Below are positions 10,593 through 23,542 of a DNA stretch of 64,000 nt, in pieces. The stretch is from Camelus dromedarius. Its lineage: Eukaryota. The stretch's first letter is position 1; every line of letters starts with the position of its first letter. The stretch covers positions 31,932,001-31,996,000 of the forward strand of contig NC_087436.1 of assembly GCF_036321535.1 (NCBI RefSeq), written 5' to 3'. The translations under genes and the position numbers were made by a program. The notes below the pieces were generated by a model, which had not been told where the DNA came from, ran no database searches, and saw only the letters and a program-made list of their open reading frames with translations.

Positions 10593-13500
10593 ATTGCAAG
10601 GTGAAGAAGAGAGGATGCAGATTAAAATTGCTGCCAATAATCTTCAATGGATAATCCTCATGGTCCAAAGAAAGATGACTTATGCTAGGGGAGTTAAGGG
10701 TGCCACTAAAGAGTCAACTGGACAACCCATGTCCCATGTCAGTTGGCCAGCACTGGTGCCAGTGGATGCAAGGACAGATAATACCGACATGCTGAAGGCA
10801 AGCTCCCTGCTCACCAACTATAGGTATCATCTCATTAACCATCATCTGTCAGGTTACCAACTGCCAAATTCCAACTGTCAAAGCAATATCCTCCTCCAGC
10901 AGAGCTACGAGCCTGATAATTTATTCTGATATAGTGTGGCTGCTACTGACTTTTTGTAGTTTTTAAAATACTGGGGTAATATATTCAAAAGTAAAGCATA
11001 TTATTTCAACACCTGATTTACTCAGTTTAACATATGGCTTATATCTAAATGTGTTTGAAAAAGGTTATACATTCTCAAATGGATAGAATTATAATTTCCC
11101 CTATTTAAGGGTTACATAATTAAATGTAGGCATGTAATTTTTGTGGAAACAGACATAATATCATCTATAACATCCTAAAATATTCCTGCTGCATCTTTTA
11201 CTAATATTGTCCTTGGGAAAAAATAGAAAAAAATTAACCTCAAGGAAGTCCTTCCACATCTAACACCACAGTTCTTTCAGTGACAAGTTTGAGAATTCCT
11301 TTCTAAAGTCAAAAATTCTTGAGGAATCTCCATTTTATCATAATTATATTTTTAGTGTTCAGTTGACTGAGAAAACATATAATGTTAAAAGCTTCTGTAA
11401 ACCTAGTAGTGTTCTAAAATGAATAATCTCCTCAGTACTTATATATACTTAAGAAATAAAATACAAATATATGCATCACACTGTTTATTACAACATAAAC
11501 AATGTAGTGAAAATACACACTCGGTCCCCTACTTCAATATCCCCACCATAGTCTACAGCCCTTAGGTAGGGAATCTAGGAAAGATTTTTAACCATATTTT
11601 GTTTCTGTTACATATTTGGTGGTTCAATATCTCCAAAAATGGAATAAAAAGGAAAAAGAATCACTGAGCAGAAATAGTCTTAGATAAAATAGAAAAAAAA
11701 ATAATTTTTTTTTTTTGCCTATTATGTGTACTTTTCACAAGGGAATTATAGACATTGGAGATATTCCAAGAGTTTATCTGAGCTGTTCTCTACAATGCAA
11801 TAGAATTGTATCTAAATCATTCATAATAGAAATAGCTGGGTGATTTAGGGGCATTCAGCAATGAAACAATGCTACTATTTTACATTGGTTTTAACATTCA
11901 GGGGAAAAAAAGTACCTCTCCAGTTACGGCTATTGCCATTGAAAATTTTCAACTTCCACTATTTACAGGTTTGTTAAGGAGTACAAAAATCTAGTAAATC
12001 AGTGTCTATTTCACAACAGAACAGCCTATCAGTTAGATCATTTCCTAGACAGTAGCACCTGCCTTTTACTGATTCAGATTATACTTTAGCTACCGGGCAT
12101 TCACTTATGACATTACTTCCACTTTTTTTTTTTTATGATAATGGCCATGTAAATGCCTTCATTCTTAGAACTCCATCCCCACCTTACCTAGTTATGATAT
12201 CAGGGAATGATTCATGAGAACAACATTCTGAAAACTTCCCCATTTTAGGAGATTTTTGGTTTTTGCAAAATGTGACAGATTCATATTTCAATACAAATAA
12301 ACCTACATGACAATGAAAAATCAAACTTCCTCTGTATGGTACTCATAGGGCCCTACTATTAAATGTTGCTCCATTTATAGTTTATTTTCCTATATCTTCA
12401 GGCTCTAGAGCTTCTGGTTTTGTAAGGCATCTTAAATGAGCCATAGAGAAACAGCTGCTCCTCTAAGTCCAGGATTATTAGGTTGTGCTGATTCTGAATT
12501 TCTGAATCATAAGCTTACCTCCCTCTTGATCATGTAAACTCTTGATGCTCAAAGTAGGCCCCTACCTTGTGGTCCTTCCTGATTCAAGCCCTCTACAGAC
12601 AAATCCATTTTGCCTATATTCCAAGATGAAAGTATCTTAGTTTTGAAGACTTGCACTTTACTGATGGAATTCTTTGCCTATTCATCATGCAAAACACAGT
12701 GGCAATTTGACCAGCAGCAACTGCCTAGATAGCAAAACGCATGTCCCTTTCATTTCTACACAGCCACTGCCAAGTTACATGGGATGCCTCAGGGAGAGTT
12801 CTGAGCTACTCCTGATCCCTTTATATTGATTGGTACTTCAAGTTCCTCTCTTAATTCACAACACAACAATTAATACTAATCTGTGGCATATCACAACTCA
12901 TAAAAGACCACTTCCCAGACTATCATAGCTCAATAAATATTGAGCTCAATAAATATTTGTTGACTAAATGAAGGAATTAATTTATGGTCTTGGATGGGAG
13001 AAACAAAGGATCAGATCTCTTCTCCGTAACCACAGCATTTGCAGGTGTGGGGCATGCTGCCTTCCACATCATTGTGTTACCTCCTCTCCCAGCGCCCCGG
13101 TGTGAAGTCAACGTGACCTGGGATTGGTGTGAAGTGCTTTGCACATACGATGTTGTGAAATACAAGTTGTCAATCTATTTGTCTGAAACAGTGTAAAATT
13201 TTCTTTCATATCTAAACTAAAATCAAAAACAACCTCTGAGTGTCACGCCACGAAGCAATCTGCCATTGCAGTGCTGGGTAATGGCTTCCACTCCAGCCAT
13301 CACTGTGTCATCCTCCCCTTCTCTACTCTTCTTCTGCCGCCTCTGACCAAAATCTGAGGTGACTCTGGACTTTTCTAGTGCTTCTTATTTTTTAAAAATC
13401 TTAGCTTTAATAAAAACACATGGAATATGTCAATTCCCTCCCACTCTATAAACAGCAAAATCCAAAGAATGATTTCTAAAGAATTATTAAATCACACTTA

Positions 13501-16500
13501 AGAATTTACATTATATTCCAGTAGGTATATAATGTAATATACCTACTCCAGTAGGTGAGAAAATATTGAAATATTGAAAATATTATCAGTGCTCTATAGT
13601 GTGGGAAAAACCCTGACTTTTTAACATTGACTCTAAACAAAATCTGGGGCAGTGAAAAAGAAATAACCCAGATTCTACAGCTTGAATTGCTGCCCTTTTT
13701 ATATAGCTGGTCAACATTTTTTCCATCTCATTTTAATTTACAAATCTATGATTTTCTTAAGCTAAGTTCTGTATTCAATTGGCATAAAATATCAGCATAG
13801 CTAGGAAGCATTTCTGCATTTTACATGATAATACTTTTACCCTCACATAAAATTTGTGTCTTTGAAAATAATTTGAATAATTTGGTGCCTTATGATTAAT
13901 ATACCAGACACATACACATATCTTATTATAATCCACCTGAGGTTATACTGAGAAAAATCTCTATATAACAAACATATGTACAAGGCCCAATGATCCATTT
14001 CTAGAGAAAGTTAAATAAACCAAATTTTGGTTTGGCCAGAGGACTTAGTCCCTTGGAGTTTTCTGCTACCTCAGGTGTAACTGAATGTACAATTTTCTAT
14101 CTGGAATTTCAGAGGTAATTAAGACTCAATTCTTTTTTCCCCTTGTACCTTTATTGGTTGGCAGTTAATGACTTGGCTTTTGACCAATATAGGAAAAAAT
14201 ACTTCTTTCTCTTGTAAGGACAGATATCATTTTCCAGCTCTCAGATGCCAGTTGGAGTTTACTCTGATATTCATAAGCAATAAAGTATTGTACAGGTAAA
14301 ATCCTATTTAGTGGAGGAGAATTTTCTGTTAGGAAATTCCTTCTAATACGAAATAACTAGAAACAACTTATTGTTGTTTTTAGCAGGAAAACAGCCCTGT
14401 GACTGCCCTCATTTCACCTCATTTCAGGCCCTTTCATGATGACATGTCTATTGTACCACCAACTCACCAAAGTGGTGACAGGAGCCATGGGATTGAGCTG
14501 TGGTGGTGACTAAACAGGCCCAAATGTCTCCAAGTTTCCAAAGCCACTCCACAGTTGTATGGCAGCTTTAGTCAGCCTCATGGGGAGGTCTGTCTGACCT
14601 CATCACCGCAGAGCAAGGCAGGATTTTGTAGAACATTCTTTTTCAGTCTCTTTAAAGAGCACAAGCAAGGACACATGAAAACTAGAAAATGGTTTCTAGG
14701 AAATTTAACCTTTCAAAATATGGGCATTATCTAATGATACAGTCATCACCAGCTGCTGCTGTATAAATACAATAATACATACAAAAGATGAAGGACAACT
14801 ATGAATAATTAGCACAGTACTCAGAGCTAATCATAAGATTATTAAAGTTACACATCGGCCTACACAAAGCAACAATTTTCTTCCAAAAAAGAGTAGACAG
14901 GTGTCACTGTCCAGTGGGGCATTTATTTTCAAACTAAACCCAGTTAAGAAGCTGGGCTGCTGGCCGTAACTCCTACAGAAACCAACATATACTTCTGTGC
15001 CTCTGACAGCCCAGCCCGGAGATGAGTGCACCAGAGCAGTTGAATTGTATGTCATACTGTTTGCACTAACATGGCACCAAGCTTCAGAACTAACCACTCT
15101 GCAGAGTGGAGGTCAGCCCCTCTCCCTGTGTGGCTCGGTCTGCCCGTGTGGTCAGGACCTGCTGGGGATTCTATCAGCATCCCCTCTGACTCATACTTAG
15201 CGTTCAATAGCAAGATGGAGTCGCCAACAATGAGGACCTGGCAGAGGGCCAGCCTATTGGCACTAAAGCAATGCCTGCCACAGTGCAGCTCGCCGGGCCA
15301 GACATTTATGGGAAATGGCTGACAGCTGGATAAATAAGCAGCTCCTTTTTTTGGTGAGCTGCAGCGGAAGCAGAGTGCATGGAATAAGTCTTCAGGTATT
15401 ATGCTTCAGATGACTCTTACTCTGAGCTGCTATGAAACAGTATCAGAGACACAAACATGGCACCTTTGGAGGTTCTCCTCTAGCGAAGGCACCGCAGGAA
15501 GAAAGGGGCCAAATCGCGAACTGTCAACCCACAGAGCCAGCCAAGGAAAGGCTCTGTGTGGACACATCAAGCATGAGAGGTGGCTGGTTAGACGCCGCTC
15601 AGTTACCCGTAGTCCCGCTCAGAGACTGCAGGAGGTGCTGTGTGTGGCCACTCCCTCACCACCCAAGCCACTTGGTGCTGAATTCTAAACCCCACTGACC
15701 AAGAAGAGAACCTGTGTCAGTCAGGAACCCAGAAATTCAAGATAGAGAGAAGCTGAAGGTGTAAGCCATGTGGAAGAGCGAAATGGACAAGAGCTGTATA
15801 ATGAGGTGATCAGGGTTTGTGTGTTTCTCCCCCAACAGCATCCCTCTTCCCCCCGACCCCCTCCCCCCGCATGGCTGAGAGTGAGTCATATGTTGAGCTT
15901 GGTTTAGGTTTTAAGGCAGTTTGGGTGTTTGAGACATATCTAGCATGGATAAGTTTAACGTTGTATTAGAAAGAATTCCCAACTTTTTCCTTTGTGTGGC
16001 TTTTCAGAACAGAATGAGCCAGATATCAGCAAACAGCAGTCAACTGAGATAAGCGGCTGTTTTAGGCACAGATGCCCTTGTGCCGGGAAAACAAGAACAA
16101 GTATGAACGAGAAGCAGGAAAACGAAATCCACAAACACAACTCTTGATTTACAGCTGTGAGACAATGCTTCCTTTTCTTGGACCTCAGGATCTGCAAACT
16201 GTGACTCACAGGAGGGTGAGTGTGCAGAGGTCCCGGAGAAGGCAGGAGGTGTCAGTGACAGGAATAGAATTACACCACACTTTGCTGTCCCCTTTGTGCC
16301 CCTGGGTCACTGCCAGGCCTGTCCTGATCCCGCAACATGTAGAAAGCCAAGGTGTTCAAATTGAATAATAGAGGATTAAACCAAAAGAAATTACTAGTAA
16401 AACATTTTCTGGAAAAAGAAAATTATTTTGTAAGCATGAGTGAAAAAGGAAAAGTTTCTTAGCTGCTAACTGGAAAGCTTTCCAAGTATCGGCTTATCGA

Positions 16501-17113
16501 GGAAAATCAGGACAGTCTGGTACTCAGCTTTGACTTCGTGATAGTGATTGTCCCTTTCCCTGAAGGCCGATGGCTCCACGTCAGAGGCCCCAGAGTTGGC
16601 TGTTACTCAGAAGCGCTTATGTTTTGGGGTCTTGTCTGAGTCAGACCCACGTGGGATCTGGAGGGGTGAAAAACGCTGGCTCAAGTTCTATTGTCAGATT
16701 TTGGTTCAAAATCATTTTCTTAGAGCTAGTGAGGGTGCAGAAAACTTTGAGTAAAGGCAAAATGAAAGGCTTGGGTCTAAAAACAGGCTTTCAAAAGTAG
16801 AAACAGGATACAGGCAGTGGTGAGCTGACAAAACGTACGAGCCAGAATGGGAAGAGTAGAGAGAGAAGTAGAAAGACTCTGGGTCAGACTCTCTAAGAAA
16901 AGCTGTGAGAGAATAGGACCGTGGCTTCTTGGCTTCATTTCAGTTAGTGCCTCACACAGTTCATTTAGCTTCGGGTGAGACAAGGCTCCCATGTGTCCTG
17001 GTCTGCTCCTGCAAGCATGGGGAGGGGAGTGAACTATACCCAAACTTCTTGCAGCTCTTACCTTAATATAAGAAATACATAAGATTGGGGGCAGAGGTGG
17101 CCATATCTTTCTC

Positions 17114-17376
17114 TCTAGTTCTGATCCTTCACTGTTTTTCTAGCCCAGAATTTCCAACTGCATACTAATGAGGTCCACATCCATGGTCATCTGTATCTTT
17201 GAGTTCCTAGCATAGTGCATTGCAAAGGTATGGTCACAATAGATACTATTAGCTACATGATGGATGAATGAATGAATGAATGAATGAAATTACCCAGTCC
17301 ACCACAGAAAGCCCTACCTTGTCCTTCCTTCCTGACTCTGGTTGCTGGCCCATTGCTGTCTTCCAAGAAGCAGACA
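17114..17376 (+). repeat. Local direct repeat B, copy 1 (L2 piece, GAAT tail and unique flank)
   Basis: Aligns by hand to 18267-18541 at roughly 85-90% identity. Confidence 0.95.
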
Positions 17377-18266
17377 GTTTATAAAGGGGCTGTGTAATTA
17401 CTGGGAACTCTAGTTGATGGAACAGACTGGCTATGAGGGATTATGTAGTTGAACTCAATAGTCCTTATTGACTGTGCCAGACCTTGAACTAGGTAGTCAC
17501 TGGGGAATTTCAGATGAGTAAGACATGGTTCCTGAAGTTGAAGAATTCACCATCAAAGGAGGAGACATGAAAAAACTGAAAATTACAATTTGACATGTAT
17601 TGGGATACAGGTAAGAATCAGGGCTATGAGTCAAAGAAAAGAGGCACCTCACCTAAATGGGAAGGTGCTGGCCTCAGTCCCTCAGAACAGAACAGCTCAC
17701 AAGGTTTCTGCACGTCTTGGGACTTGGGCTGATCCTGATGGTATCACCACCTCCAGCTGTCTCATATCTTGTCTCTCTCTCTTCTCACTGCCTCCTACTT
17801 TAGGTCTCTACAATACTACACAGTCTTTTCCAACTGTGCTATGCCCTCAAACTACTGGCTGAGCTTTATTCTTTTACTGCCAAACCATAGCCTACATTTT
17901 CGCACATTTTCTTCCCACCCTATCATCCCCTACCTACCCTTGATGTCAAATTCTCATCTCACAGTAATCCCCCTCTTGGAGAAGAATCACCAGTGGCCTC
18001 CTTATCACCAGATCCAGTGACCCTCATTGACTTTACCCAGAGCTGACTCTGCCAGCTACCATCCTACCAGTTGAAACGTTCCTCTCCTTCAACGTCCCCG
18101 GCTTCTCTGCCCTTTTCCTTCCCATATTTCTCCTCTGTTTGCTTCATTGGTGCCAATTCCCTTTCTTATCCCCTCACTGGGAGTGTTCCCTAAAGAACAG
18201 CCTCGGGACCTGCCCTGTGTCCAGAGTTCCAGCTCTTCCTCATGCTGATTACATCTGGATCTTTAT

Positions 18267-18541
18267 TCTAGCTCTGGTCCTTCACTTTATTTCTAGCCTA
18301 GAATTTCCAACTGTATAACAATTAGGTCCACCTCCATGGTCATCCCTGTCACTGAGTTCCTAGCACAGTGCAGTGCATAGGTATGGGCACAATAAATAAT
18401 ATTAGCTGAATGATGAATAAATGAATGAACGAATGAATGAATGAAATAGCCCAGTCCACCACAGAAAGCCCTACCTTGCCTTTCCTTCCTGACTTCCTGA
18501 CTCTGGTTCCTGGCCCACTGTTGTCTTCCAAGAAGCAGACA
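18267..18541 (+). repeat. Local direct repeat B, copy 2
   Basis: Offset about 1153 bp; carries an extra 8-nt tandem duplication (ttcctgac); continuous with upstream L2-like sequence at about 17940-18266. Confidence 0.95.
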
Positions 18542-18829
18542 ATCTAGAGTCACAGAGGAGTCTCACTTACAAAGCCTGATACTGAATCTTTCTATCATCC
18601 GTTTAGAGAGTGGTCTTGTTTTCTTATGCCCCTCCATTCTCTTTCAGGAACTCATTTTCTTTCTTGGTAAAACAGAACAAAAGTTATCGGCCTTTGTGGC
18701 AAGTACTATTACTCATGGTAACGTTCTGTCTTGTGGCTGACTGGCACTAGGACTGACATTCCAAGTGATTTATACCTCAGCCTCCACGTGCCCTTTCCTG
18801 TGATCTTTCACCCCAAAACAACAGCAACA

Positions 18830-19050
18830 ACAATAACAATAGCACTTGCTGTGTGCCAGGCCCTGTGCTGTGCTAAGTATTATGTATGCATTATCTTTCT
18901 GAACCTTCTCAAAAACCTCATAAGCAGAAAACCATTTTATAGGGGAGGAAATGGAGGCTTAGAGAGGTCGAAGCAACTGGCTCAAGGTAACCAGCTCAAG
19001 GACATTGAAGTGAAAATATCCACTCTTAGCCACTTCACAGCACAGTCTCT
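18830..19050 (-). mobile_element. MIR SINE
   Basis: 'ccattttataggggaggaaatggaggcttagagaggtcgaagcaactggctcaaggtaaccagct' is the antisense MIR core. Confidence 0.8.
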
Positions 19051-20099
19051 CACATCTGCTGGATTCAGTTTGTGAGGCCTTGAGTCGGTTCACACCTACA
19101 ACTCATTGAGTGCCTGTACCCGCTGAGCATTATGGGATTCAAAGTTTAAAAGGATCAAGGCCATGATCTCAAGGAGCTTACAGTCTAGAGGAAAAGCACC
19201 AAGATGAGACTGATGCCTGGGTAGTGACATGAGACTCTCAGATAAAAGGGCTGTATTTACACAAAGCACACACAGTTCAGTACTACAAGGTCCCTGCCCT
19301 TGAGGAAGGTCCCAGCTGCTGGAGCTTTGCCTTTGCGATGTTTCATATTTAGCTTCCCCTCCTCTTTGATCAGGCTCCTCTGTGTTTCTAAAGCTCATAC
19401 TATACATATAATTTCCATTCAAATTCAAAATCTTCCCGATGATTGTAGTGAATGCAATGTTATTCAAGGACTTTTTTTTCTGAAAGAGCACCTATCTGAC
19501 ATGCATTTTTAATTTTATGTGCAATATGCAAATGTCATCACTGTAGTTGTTAACTGCAGTGCAGGATTGCAATTAACTATGGAGCTGTGCATTTTAGTTA
19601 TATGCTAATGCTAATGAGATTTTCATAAAGCAAGTCCAATTACCAGCCCTATTTTTTAACTGCAAGAGCTGGTGCAAAGCAAAGGTGTTGACTTCCTTTG
19701 GAATAAATTACCCTTTGTCCTTGGCTCCTTCATCATATTCAATCATCCTAAAAAGTAACTCCTGCTACTTTGAATATTTTATCCTGCCTTGCTCTACAGT
19801 ACAGTATTAATGGAGACTGTGGGCAAGATTGTTTAGAAACCAATTTATACTGCACAGGCAGTGGGAAAACTTCCTCCCAATGTAAACTGCTCCAGCAGAG
19901 GAGCAGAGCTTTGAATAGTTAAAGTAAACAGGACCTGGAGGAGACTGAAGATTCAGACAGTGAGTTAGCAAAAATAAATCCCAAGAGAGCACATACATGA
20001 TGTTACCTTGGAGTGAGGAAGCTGCATGCTGTGAATGGGTATTTAAACTCAGATTTATGAGTAGATGTGTCAGTAGTCAAGGACAACCTTGACAGGATA

Positions 20100-20760
20100 T
20101 TTATTCATTCATTCATTTAAAACAGTTGTGGGGCTTCTGTGTGTCAGACACTGAACTAGGCACTGAGGGTTCAAATACGAATAAGAAGGGGAGGGGAGGG
20201 AGACTGAAGGTTAGAAGTGAAGGGAGACTCTAATGTGATATTTCTATATTGATTCTTTTACAAAAAGAAAAGTGTGAATTACATGAGCAATGAAAGAATA
20301 AATAAGGCTTTGGTGAGCTGACAGTCAAAGAGAAGGATACATGCATGTCAAATGATTTTGTAAAAAAGTGTGACACGTGTTAATGATACTTTTTGAGAGG
20401 CAGACAAAATGAAGGAAAAGGTCAGTTGGGAGAAGGGAGGTAAAGAGGGACAAGAAACCTCATGAATGACAAGAAGGTTCTTGAAGTGAGCCTTGAAGCT
20501 GAATGGGTCTTTGCTAGAAGGATTAGGTGGGAGGTCAGTCCAGAAAAGAGCAACAGAAAGTGCAGAGATGTAAAAGAGCAAGTGATTCAGGGTAACTGGA
20601 GGCACAGGGTGTGAGGCAGACCAGAGGTGAAAGATGACGTTAGAATGGAGCCACTGAGGGGTTTTAAGCAGGAGAGTGAACAACCAGGTTTGCCTTTCAG
20701 ACTTGCCACTTGGGCAGCAGAGTGGAAGATGGGATGGGGTAGGGAGCGTAAACCACTGAC
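20100..20760 (-). mobile_element. L2 LINE 3' fragments
   Basis: 'attcattcattcattt...tgtgtcagacactgaactaggcactgagg' and 'ggagccactgaggggttttaagcaggagagtga'. Confidence 0.7.
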
Positions 20761-20794
20761 CCTCCATTTCTTTTTTGGCTACCTTTAAAAAAAA

Positions 20795-20918
20795 TTTTTT
20801 ATTGAAGTATAGTCAGTTATAATGTGCCAGTTTCTAGTGTACAGCATGTTTCAGACATGCACGTATTCATTTTCATATTCTTTTTTACTATAGATTACTA
20901 CAAAATATTGAATATAGC
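20795..20918 (-). mobile_element. Short 3' end of a lineage-specific L1
   Basis: 'ttttattgaagtatagtcagttataatgtg...' same tail as 2625-2760 and the reverse complement of 36140-36260. Confidence 0.85.
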
Positions 20919-21869
20919 TGCCTTTTGCAAGAACTTTTTCTCTGTTCAAGTCAGACTCTGAGACAAATGATCAGGTTATATTTTCCCTCAAGAGGATGTT
21001 TTTTTTGTGTCCCTGTAGAAGGTAATCACTCAAAAAGCCCTCTTTTTATTTTTAATATTTTCATCTAAATCATAAGGCAAAAAAAAATACAGGCTATAGA
21101 AATGAAAACTTGCTGATGTTGATATATAGTTTGAGTATCTTCCCTGCTCTGGATCAACTTCTAACCAGGGTAAAAGGAGCATAGAAAGTAAAGCACAAGG
21201 AAGGAAAGAGGGAGAAAAATAAGGAAAGAGAGGATGATACAAATTTTACCAAAAACTGACTAGAATTACATATGGGTGATGGGGCTACGCTTTCTTCTTT
21301 TCATCCCTAACCCTGTCGCTCAACAACTATCACCTCTGTGAGGGAGAGGAAAGCCAGGAACTGGGAAAGGACAACGGGACATGGCAGTTAATGGAAGCCG
21401 ATTTTTTACTATATGTCAAGGTTAGAAAGGAGATAGAAGTTCTTTTAGCATAAAGTTATTTTAGCAGAGCAAAATTTTAAACACATCTGAAGAGTGTAGG
21501 ATTTAGACTCTAAGAGAAGAGTTGTACCTGTGTGGATTAAAAATTGGAATGATTTAAAGAAGGTAAAAATAGTTCTATCTAACTCCTCTGCCATTCCATT
21601 GGCATCACTCTTTTAAAATGGCTGCAAGAGCTCCAGTGGTCACATTCATATTCCAGGTATCTGGATGGAGGAGGGGATTAGAAGAATAAGGTAAAGGATA
21701 TATGATCAGTATCTTTGAAAGAAGCGCTGCAAATACTTCTGTACTACACTTCCACTTACATCTCGTTGACCAAAGCTTAGTCGTGTTTCCATAGAACAAG
21801 AAGGATTGTCCTCTAGCAGAAGGAGCTCCATTCCACTGTAACAAGGCCAGATGATTAAACATCTCAGTA

Positions 21870-22520
21870 ACACAGACAAGTAAATGTAGTGTTGGGAAGT
21901 TAACGAGTTTCCATCAGACGTCTTCTATTTTAATTAACTATGAAGTACAGTTATCTGCTGAGAGTGAAGGGGTGAGAATCAAAGACAATGAAGAAGTTTG
22001 AGCAAGCAGATATGGGTTCATCCAAGATTGGGGTTTTGCTGGATAACTTCAATGGAAGGACCAAGGGTCAAGGGTGTTTCAAATATGGGCAATAAATATA
22101 TTCTGGATAGGAGGAAACTCATGATAAGACTGACTGATGGATAAGCAGAAAGGAGAGAGGAGGGGTAAAATGAGTAAGCTGGAAGGGTGGGAGGACATGG
22201 CCAGAGGGTCTGTAGTTGCTATTTCAGAGAAGGAGAAGTTTCAAGTGATGTTCAGGTCCAGGGTGAAGCTGTGGGGATGGAAGGCAGGGATGGAGCAGGG
22301 ATGGTCACTAGAAGATGAAGAGGTCAAAGAGCTGAATGGTTAGTGGTAGATAGGCCACAAAGAAAGACTATGAGACAAATGCCAAAGTCTTCAGTGACTG
22401 AGAAGGAGTGAGCAGAAAGCCAAAAAAGAACAGCATTCTGGACGGGCAGTTCCAATAACATGAGCCTTAAAGGAGCAGGAATCCTGAGGCAGATGCTGAT
22501 GGTCTAACCAATAGTCTTCC
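21870..22520 (-). mobile_element. Decayed L2 internal fragment
   Basis: Purine-rich antisense L2 motifs (caagtgatgttcaggtccagggtgaagctgtggggatgg...gaggtcaaagagctga). Confidence 0.5.
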
Positions 22521-22620
22521 CTCAGACTCTCATATTTTTCTGCTGATAGAGGCCACATGCGTGAATTCATGACCCAACCACAGCCAAGAGGACTAGTGGG
22601 CAATATGCCAGGGGTAGGAG

Positions 22621-22979
22621 TCTTATGGACTGAGTGTTTGTGTCCCTTCAAAATTCATATGTTGAAATCCTAACCCCACAATGTACCATTATAGGAAGTA
22701 AAGCCTCTGGAGATAATTAGGTCATGAAGGAGGAGACTTATGAATGGAATTAGTGCCCTTATAAGAAAAAATGTAATTGAGAGAAATGTGGTCTCAGCCA
22801 TGGAAGTATACAACTAGATTCGACCATATCTGCAAATCAGGAAGTGATCTCAGCAGACACTGGGTCTGCCAGTGCTTTGATCTTGGACATCCCAGCCTCC
22901 AGAACTGTGAGAAATAAAACATTTGTTGTTTAAGCCAGCCTGTAGTATTCAGTTATAACAGCCCAAACTGGCTAAGACA
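22621..22979 (+). mobile_element. MaLR solo LTR (MLT1A/MST-like)
   Basis: 'tatggactgagtgtttgtgtcccttcaaaattcatatgttgaaatcctaacccc ... ccagcctccagaactgtgagaaataaa ... ctaagaca'. Confidence 0.85.
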
Positions 22980-23056
22980 GGGGGCTCCTGGGAAAGACTT
23001 CCTCCTTGTTAAGTAATCACAGATGAGGAGAAATTGCCCTTTCTACCTTTGGACAT

Positions 23057-23542
23057 TGTAGTAAGCTGAATAATGATATTCAAAGATATCAGGTGATAAA
23101 CCTAGAATTTATAAACATCAATTTGTATGGGAAAAAAAGTCTGCAGATATGATTAAGGTTAGGATCATGAGATGGGGAGATCATCCTGGATTGTCCAGGT
23201 GGACCCTAAATGCAATCACAAGTGACCTAAAGTCACTCACAAGAGAGAGGCAGAATGAAATTTGACACAGACAGAAGAAAAGGCAATGTGAAGATGGAGG
23301 CAGAGATTGGAGTGATGCAGCCAAAAGCCAAGGAATACTGGCAGCCACCAGAATCTGGAAGAGGCAAGGAACAAATTCTCACTTAAAGCCTGCTTGGAGT
23401 ATGGCCCTGACCACACCTTGGTTTCAGTTCAGTGATACTAATTTCAGACATCTGGCCTCCAACCAGTGAAAGAATAAATTATCATCATTTAAGTCACCAA
23501 ATTTGGGATAATTTGTTACAGCAGCCTTAGGAAATTAATACT
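23057..23542 (+). mobile_element. MaLR solo LTR (MLT1C/D-like) with 5-bp TSD
   Basis: 'gagatggggagatcatcctggatt...ggaccctaaatgcaatcacaag', 'ggcagagattggagtgatgcagcc'; GACAT at 23052-23056 and 23543-23547. Confidence 0.85.

Noticed and set aside
12927..12957. Hairpin and 16-nt tandem duplication (agctcaataaatattgagct)
   Set aside because: Small slippage event within an L2 tail; too short to interpret
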